From positions 3,696 through 67,695 of the forward strand of contig JBNJHN010000002.1 in the NCBI GenBank assembly GCA_051748565.1: a stretch of DNA of 64,000 nt, in the 5' to 3' direction. The notes under the pieces are model-generated. The model was not told where the DNA came from and ran no database searches. It worked only from the letters and a program-made list of their open reading frames with translations. The translations under genes and the position numbers were made by a program. Positions 58,483 through 64,000 of this stretch are shown in pieces. The DNA is from Bacillota bacterium. Lineage in GTDB: Bacteria > Bacillota > Dethiobacteria > DTU022. How positions within the stretch are numbered: position 1 is the first letter of the stretch; every line of letters starts with the position of its first letter.

Positions 58483-60180
58483 ATGATCCTTTTGAATCCC
58501 GGGCAGCATGTCAGGACCTATAATGATGATGATTCGCGCGATATAATGCTTAAGACTATCGATTTTTTTGAAAAGAAAGGCAAGCATCAATTAAAGGAAG
58601 ACGATCGAAACAGGGTTTGGTACGAAGATTTTCTTGAATTCATTAAAAGAAATGAAATTTTTTACAAGCTCCTGACTCCCGATAAATACGGAGAAAAAGG
58701 TTGCCGCTGGGATACCTGGCGCAATTGTGAATTTAATGAAATTCTGGCTTTTTACGGTTTACACTATTGGTACACCTGGCAGGTTTCCATTCTTGGCCTG
58801 GGCCCGATTTGGATGGGCAATAACGAGATCCAAAAGAAGCGTGCTGCCCGATTATTAAAAGAAGGAAATGTTTTTGCTTTCGGGCTCTCCGAACGTAACC
58901 ATGGCGCTGATGTTTATTCCACCGAGATGAGTTTGACTCCCCTGCCCGACGGCACCTACAGGGCCAATGGCGAAAAATACTATATCGGTAACGGCAATGT
59001 TGCCGAGATGGTTTCCACTTTCGGCAAGATGGCCGACAGTGGTGAATATGTTTTCTTTACTGCCAACTACAGTCACCAGAATTATGAACTGGTTAAAAAT
59101 GTTGTCAATTCCCAGTCATATGTTGCCGATTTTATCCTCCACAATTACCCGGTGTCGAAAGAAGAGATCTTTTCTGTGGGCCAGGATGCCTGGGATTCGG
59201 CGCTCAATACTGTAAATATTGGCAAATACAACCTGGGCTGGGCATCGATCGGTATTGCCACCCATGCATTTTACGAAGCTTTGAACCACGCCGCCAATCG
59301 TATTCTGTATGGTATGAGGGTAACCGATTTTCCCCATGTCAAGCAGATGTTCGTCGATGCCTATACCCGCCTGACGGCAATGAAGCTTTTTGCCCTGCGT
59401 ACTTCCGACTACATGCGGGCAGCTTCACCTGAAGACAGACGTTACCTTCTGTACAACCCTACAGTGAAGATGAAGGTTACTACCCAGGGGGAAGAAGTAA
59501 TCAACCTTCTTTGGGACGTTATAGCAGCTAAAGGTTTTGAGAGGGATACCTACTTCGAAATGGCCACCCGCGATATCCGTGCCCTGCCTAAACTCGAAGG
59601 GACGGTACATGTCAACATTGCTCTCATCGTCAAATTCATGGCCAACTATTTTTTCAATCCACAGGATTATCCACCGCTGAAGACTCAGGACCGGCCGCAA
59701 AACGATGATTTTCTCTTTAAACAGGGCCCTGCAAGGGGTCTTGGTAAAATCCGTTTTCATGATTACAATGCTGCTTTTAATCTATTTGAACTGCCGAACC
59801 TCAAAGTTTTTAAAGAGCAGACCGTCCTGCTCAAAGAATTTCTGGCCACCGCCACTCCTGATGCTAATCAGCAGAAGGATACTGATTTTCTGCTTTCACT
59901 GGGGGAAATGTTTACCCTGGTGGTTTATGGTCAGCTGATTTTGGAAAATGCGAAAATTTACAAGATAGAGGATGCAATGGTCGATCAGATATTTGATTTC
60001 ATGATACGCGACTTCTCAAAATTCGCCCTAAACCTTTACAGCAAAGCAAGCACCAGTGATAAGCAAATGGATTACCTTCAGAAGATGATCAAAAAACCGG
60101 TCGCGGATATTGACCGGTTTAATAACGTATGGAAAGATCACGTATTTGCCCTGAAAGATGTCTATGAAATGAGTCCATAA
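58483..60180 (+). CDS. acyl-CoA dehydrogenase family protein (long form)
   Basis: GLSERNHGADV...YRANGEKYYIGNG motif in the middle beta-domain. 565 aa. Confidence 0.68.
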   Translation: MILLNPGQHVRTYNDDDSRDIMLKTIDFFEKKGKHQLKEDDRNRVWYEDFLEFIKRNEIFYKLLTPDKYGEKGCRWDTWRNCEFNEILAFYGLHYWYTWQVSILGLGPIWMGNNEIQKKRAARLLKEGNVFAFGLSERNHGADVYSTEMSLTPLPDGTYRANGEKYYIGNGNVAEMVSTFGKMADSGEYVFFTANYSHQNYELVKNVVNSQSYVADFILHNYPVSKEEIFSVGQDAWDSALNTVNIGKYNLGWASIGIATHAFYEALNHAANRILYGMRVTDFPHVKQMFVDAYTRLTAMKLFALRTSDYMRAASPEDRRYLLYNPTVKMKVTTQGEEVINLLWDVIAAKGFERDTYFEMATRDIRALPKLEGTVHVNIALIVKFMANYFFNPQDYPPLKTQDRPQNDDFLFKQGPARGLGKIRFHDYNAAFNLFELPNLKVFKEQTVLLKEFLATATPDANQQKDTDFLLSLGEMFTLVVYGQLILENAKIYKIEDAMVDQIFDFMIRDFSKFALNLYSKASTSDKQMDYLQKMIKKPVADIDRFNNVWKDHVFALKDVYEMSP

Positions 60181-60183
60181 ATA

Positions 60184-61098
60184 TCAGGCTTCGGGTTCCG
60201 CTAATAGCAGTTCACTTAAGGAGCAGGGCTCTAAGCCCCGGGCGCGCAGTCCGTTGATAATGTCCGGAAGCGCGGTAATATCATTTGGAGTGAAATGCAG
60301 CAGAACAATGCTTCCGCCCCTTGCATTTGAAAGGACATGACTGGTAATCCGGGCCGGTGTGGTTACTTCATTGCGCAGAGCGTAAACCAGCTCTACATCC
60401 CACAGGATGGGGAACATGCCTTTATCAGCAATAATCTCCTGGAATCTTTTAGTCTGACTGCTTTGAACATTAGTGAAACCGGCCATACCCGGAGGGCGGA
60501 AAAAGTAAGTTTCATAGGAGTAACCGAGTACATCGTCAACCGATTCCTGCCAGCGGTTTAATTCCTCCCTGATCCTATCTTCAGATATGCTTGTTAAGAA
60601 AGCATGGCTGTAGGTATGGTTGCCAAGTTCGTGACCTTCTTCTACAGCTCGCCGCCAGGCCTCCGGCTCCCGCTCGACCCATGAACCCATCGGAAACAGG
60701 GTGGCCCGTACATTATGCTCTTTCAGATAGTCGAGGGTCCGGTTGATTAAATCTGCGGATGCTCCGTCATCTATGGTTATTGCAACCTTATTGGTGTTGC
60801 GGTTACCGTGGTATTTAATTGTGGAGGAACGAAGCATTTTGTTTTCTTCCACCAGCTTTTCGTTTTCTTTGATTATTTCATCATACTGCCGCCACAGCAT
60901 CTCATTTTCCACTTCAACCTTAATCATTCTTTCTTCAAGCAATTCAAGATCAGACTCAAGGGTCTGGATTAAAAGATACTGGCCCATGCCGAAAACGGCC
61001 AGGGCTGCAATAGTGGCCAGCAATATAAAAAACAGAATCAGGCGAAATATCGGTTTTTTATTTTTCTGTTTTGGTCGGCCATAATAGTTGGTGTCCAT
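60184..61098 (-). CDS. polysaccharide deacetylase (NodB homology) with an N-terminal TM and coiled coil
   Basis: VAITIDDG...HTYSH NodB motifs. Confidence 0.8.
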   Translation of the reverse strand: MDTNYYGRPKQKNKKPIFRLILFFILLATIAALAVFGMGQYLLIQTLESDLELLEERMIKVEVENEMLWRQYDEIIKENEKLVEENKMLRSSTIKYHGNRNTNKVAITIDDGASADLINRTLDYLKEHNVRATLFPMGSWVEREPEAWRRAVEEGHELGNHTYSHAFLTSISEDRIREELNRWQESVDDVLGYSYETYFFRPPGMAGFTNVQSSQTKRFQEIIADKGMFPILWDVELVYALRNEVTTPARITSHVLSNARGGSIVLLHFTPNDITALPDIINGLRARGLEPCSLSELLLAEPEA

Positions 61099-61214
61099 GA
61101 AGTGCTCCTTTACAAAGAACTTGTCGCTATTCCCATTTTCCTATTAGTATGTTAACCTACTTAAAAAGATAAAACAATAGGGTTTAACAAATTTGGAAAG
61201 GGATGTGAATAATA

Positions 61215-61799
61215 ATGAAAACACTTCTGGCGATAGCTCCCAGCCCGCGGCGGAACGGCAACAGTGATCTGCTGTTGAAAGAATTTTGCAGGGCTGCGGA
61301 AGATGCAGGGTGGGAGGTCGATATGATCTATGTAAACGATATGGTATTCAGACCCTGCCAGGCTTGTGATGCCTGTGCCCGTAACGGGCGCTGCATTTGC
61401 AAAGATGACATGCAGGATATTTATCCGAAAATGATTAAATCCGATGCCCTGGTCTTGGCCAGCCCGATCACTTTTGGTTCAATGAATGCCCAGCTCAAGA
61501 TGTTTATTGACCGCTTCCAGTGCTGGTGGCATGCCAAGTATAACCTTAAAACCCCCTTTGTTCCCGAGGATGCCAACCGGCAGGGATTTTTTATATGTGT
61601 AGGCGCCCTGAAGAGGGAGCAATATTGTGACAATGCTCTCCAGATCATAAAGGTCTTTTTCCATAATATCAATCATAAGTTAGCCGGAAACCTTGCTTTC
61701 AGGGGCTATGATGAAAAAGGTGCGGTATTGAAAGATCCCGAAGCTCTTGCCAGGGCATACCAGGCTGGAAAAGATTTTATTGCCGGGATCGAAAGTTAG
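61215..61799 (+). CDS. iron-sulfur flavoprotein (Isf-like NADPH-dependent FMN reductase)
   Basis: Flavodoxin-like N-terminus with a compact Cys cluster CQACDACARNGRCIC. Confidence 0.72.
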   Translation: MKTLLAIAPSPRRNGNSDLLLKEFCRAAEDAGWEVDMIYVNDMVFRPCQACDACARNGRCICKDDMQDIYPKMIKSDALVLASPITFGSMNAQLKMFIDRFQCWWHAKYNLKTPFVPEDANRQGFFICVGALKREQYCDNALQIIKVFFHNINHKLAGNLAFRGYDEKGAVLKDPEALARAYQAGKDFIAGIES

Positions 61800-61888
61800 A
61801 AGCTATCTGGCAAAAAATATATACTTATCAAGGATCTATCTTTCCAGTGTAAAACACCTGTTGAATATATTGAATTCGGATTTAATAT

Positions 61889-61930
61889 AAAAGGGAACTT
61901 TTACCTCTCTGAGATAAATGTTCCCTTTTA
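61889..61930. terminator. stem-loop AAAAGGGAAC-N21-GTTCCCTTTT downstream of clpB (minus) and isf (plus)
   Basis: 10-bp stem with flanking T/A runs. Confidence 0.45.
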
Positions 61931-61996
61931 GTTACTTAAATTTTCACATCTGTTATGCTTGCCAATTAAAGCAAACGAAGCGGAAGTGTAAAAACG

Positions 61997-64000
61997 TCAA
62001 GTGCCCTGTTTGAAACTGACTCCATCTTCAACTTTAACCAGGGTTATCACATCTTTAGGTGTTACCTCCCCGCTAATAATTCGTCGGGATAGAGGTGTTT
62101 CAACTTCCTGCTGTATAACACGTTTTAAGGGTCTTGCTCCGAAAGCAGGATCATAACCCCTTTCGGCCAGATAAGTCACCACTTCTTCATCCCAGATAAG
62201 ATTAAGGTCGGCTGTGGTGGCAAGTCGTCCGGCCAGTTTTTTCAGTAATAGTGAAGCAATTTCTTTTACCTGGTCGCGTTCCAGTGCCCTGAAAACTATA
62301 GTTTCATCAACCCGGTTTAAGAACTCCGGACGAAAATGGTGCCTCAGCAAGCCGAGAACAGTTTCCTTCATTTTCTCATATTCGCCGCCTTTTTCATGGA
62401 AAGCAAGAATTTCCTGGCTGCCTATATTCGAAGTCATGATCACTATTGTGTTGCGAAAATCAACCGTACGGCCCTTACCATCAGTAAGCCGGCCGTCATC
62501 CAGGATTTGCAGCATGGCATTGAAGACATCCTGGTGCGCTTTTTCAACTTCGTCAAAAAGAACTACACTGTACGGCTTGCGCCTCACAAGTTCGGTCAGT
62601 TGGCCGCCTTCATCGTAACCGATATAACCCGGAGGAGCACCGATCAGGCGGGCTACAGTATGTTTTTCCATGTATTCCGACATGTCGAGCCGGATCATAT
62701 TGCGCTCGTCATCAAACAAGGCTTCGGCCAGTGTGCGAGCCAGCTCGGTTTTGCCAACCCCGGTCGGCCCTAAAAAGATGAAACTGCCAACAGGCCTGTT
62801 GGGATCCTTAATGCCGCTGCGTGCCCTTAAAACAGCATCGGAGACTGCATTTACTGCCTCATCCTGTCCGATTACCCTTTCGTGAAGGATCTCTTCCAGG
62901 CGCATCAGTTTCTCACGCTCGCCTTCCAGCAGCCTGCTGACCGGGATACCCGTCCAGCGGCTGACTACGCGGGCGATTTCCGTTTCACTTACCTCTTCAT
63001 TTAAAAGCATATTTTCTTTTTGCTTGCCGGCAATCTGCTCTTCTATCTCATGCAGACGCTGTTCAAGATCGTTTAAACGGCCGTATTTTAATTCTGCAGC
63101 CTTGTTTAAATCATATTCCCTTTCCGCTTTTTCAATTTCGGTGCGCACTTCATCAATTTCACGTTTTATATCACGCACTTGTGAAATCGACTCTTTTTCA
63201 GCCTGCCACTGTGCCTTCATTGCATCGGCTTCAGAGCGAAGTTCAGCCAGCTCCAACTGTAACTTTTCCAGACGATCGCGCGATGCCGGATCTGTTTCTT
63301 TTTTCAGGGCAGCTTCTTCAATCTCAAGCTGCATTACCCGGCGGGTAATTTCATCCAAAGCGGCGGGCATACTGTCAATCTGTGTACGCAGGTGTGCCGC
63401 AGACTCATCAACCAGGTCAATAGCCTTGTCAGGCAGAAAACGATCGCTGATGTAACGGTCGGACAGAACCGCTGCCGAGATCAGGGCACTATCCTGAATA
63501 CGCACCCCGTGGTGCACTTCGTATCGTTCTTTTAAACCGCGTAAAATTGAAATAGTATCTTCAACAGACGGTTCATTGATCCGAACTGGCTGGAAACGTC
63601 TTTCCAGGGCGGCATCTTTTTCAATATGTTTGCGGTATTCATCGATAGTGGTTGCCCCGATGCACTGCAGTTCACCGCGGGCCAGCATGGGTTTTAAAAG
63701 GTTTCCGGCATCCATTGCCCCTTCTGCGGCACCTGCTCCGACTACGGTGTGCAGCTCGTCGATAAAAAGAATAATTCTTCCTTCAGCTTCCTGGACCTCT
63801 TTTAAGACCGCTTTCAATCTTTCTTCAAATTCACCCCGGTATTTTGCCCCGGCAACGAGGGAGCCCATATCAAGGGTGATCACCTTTTTATCCTTTAAAC
63901 CCTCAGGAACATCACCGGCCACGATCCGTCTGGCCAGTCCTTCTGCAACTGCTGTTTTACCTACACCGGGATCGCCGATCAGGACAGGGTTGTTCTTTGT
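61997..64000 (-). CDS. clpB: ATP-dependent chaperone ClpB (C-terminal roughly 668 aa; 5' end beyond the window)
   Basis: The frame stays open to the window edge. NBD1 Walker A ([15 protein letters not shown]) lies at 63935-63980. It also has the coiled-coil middle domain, NBD2 ([11 protein letters not shown]) and a sensor region. Confidence 0.9.
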   Translation of the reverse strand, partial: TKNNPVLIGDPGVGKTAVAEGLARRIVAGDVPEGLKDKKVITLDMGSLVAGAKYRGEFEERLKAVLKEVQEAEGRIILFIDELHTVVGAGAAEGAMDAGNLLKPMLARGELQCIGATTIDEYRKHIEKDAALERRFQPVRINEPSVEDTISILRGLKERYEVHHGVRIQDSALISAAVLSDRYISDRFLPDKAIDLVDESAAHLRTQIDSMPAALDEITRRVMQLEIEEAALKKETDPASRDRLEKLQLELAELRSEADAMKAQWQAEKESISQVRDIKREIDEVRTEIEKAEREYDLNKAAELKYGRLNDLEQRLHEIEEQIAGKQKENMLLNEEVSETEIARVVSRWTGIPVSRLLEGEREKLMRLEEILHERVIGQDEAVNAVSDAVLRARSGIKDPNRPVGSFIFLGPTGVGKTELARTLAEALFDDERNMIRLDMSEYMEKHTVARLIGAPPGYIGYDEGGQLTELVRRKPYSVVLFDEVEKAHQDVFNAMLQILDDGRLTDGKGRTVDFRNTIVIMTSNIGSQEILAFHEKGGEYEKMKETVLGLLRHHFRPEFLNRVDETIVFRALERDQVKEIASLLLKKLAGRLATTADLNLIWDEEVVTYLAERGYDPAFGARPLKRVIQQEVETPLSRRIISGEVTPKDVITLVKVEDGVSFKQGT

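Noticed and set aside
1-64000. Search for CRISPR arrays, rRNA, tRNA and prophage blocks
   Set aside because: No spaced direct-repeat arrays, rRNA-like or tRNA cloverleaf segments, or phage structural genes were seen. The only mobile element is the IS200-like RAYT with its REP copies.

Overview
This 64 kb window looks like a Gram-positive-type anaerobe (Firmicutes-like, about 47-48% GC) with SD-led genes and frequent TTG/GTG starts. It opens with the 3' part of a pyrimidine operon (pyrB', pyrC, pyrK, pyrD, pyrF, pyrE) and ends inside clpB. In between, a cluster of redox genes and oxygen-stress genes forms the main theme.

Redox and oxygen-defence genes:
- a NOX/ferric-reductase-like membrane flavocytochrome;
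- two amidohydrolases;
- an unusually long (1340 aa) RND pump, with a TetR gene and a palindromic operator;
- a flavodiiron protein with a cupin, plus ferritin, rubredoxin and rubrerythrin;
- a three-subunit Mo-hydroxylase (Mo subunit, FAD subunit, 2Fe-2S subunit);
- a NuoE-like/NuoF-like/FdhA formate dehydrogenase operon;
- a nifS-nifU-tusA-dsrE sulfur-trafficking operon behind a strong promoter with an overlapping operator.

FdhA selenocysteine: the two ORF-track pieces at 31016 and 32069 are one gene read through an in-frame UGA with a SECIS hairpin.

Other notable items:
- a second candidate small selenoprotein (53227-53502) that is absent from the ORF track;
- a Cys-rich 59-codon GTG-start ORF inside the fdh operon;
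- an IS200-like/RAYT transposase with three REP-like hairpin repeats;
- an AbrB-family gene broken at A7/T7 tracts;
- a Swt1-like HEPN-CBS fusion protein;
- an orphan RnfD-like gene.

I found no tRNA, rRNA or CRISPR. All calls rest on reading the ORF translations and the DNA by eye; no searches were run.
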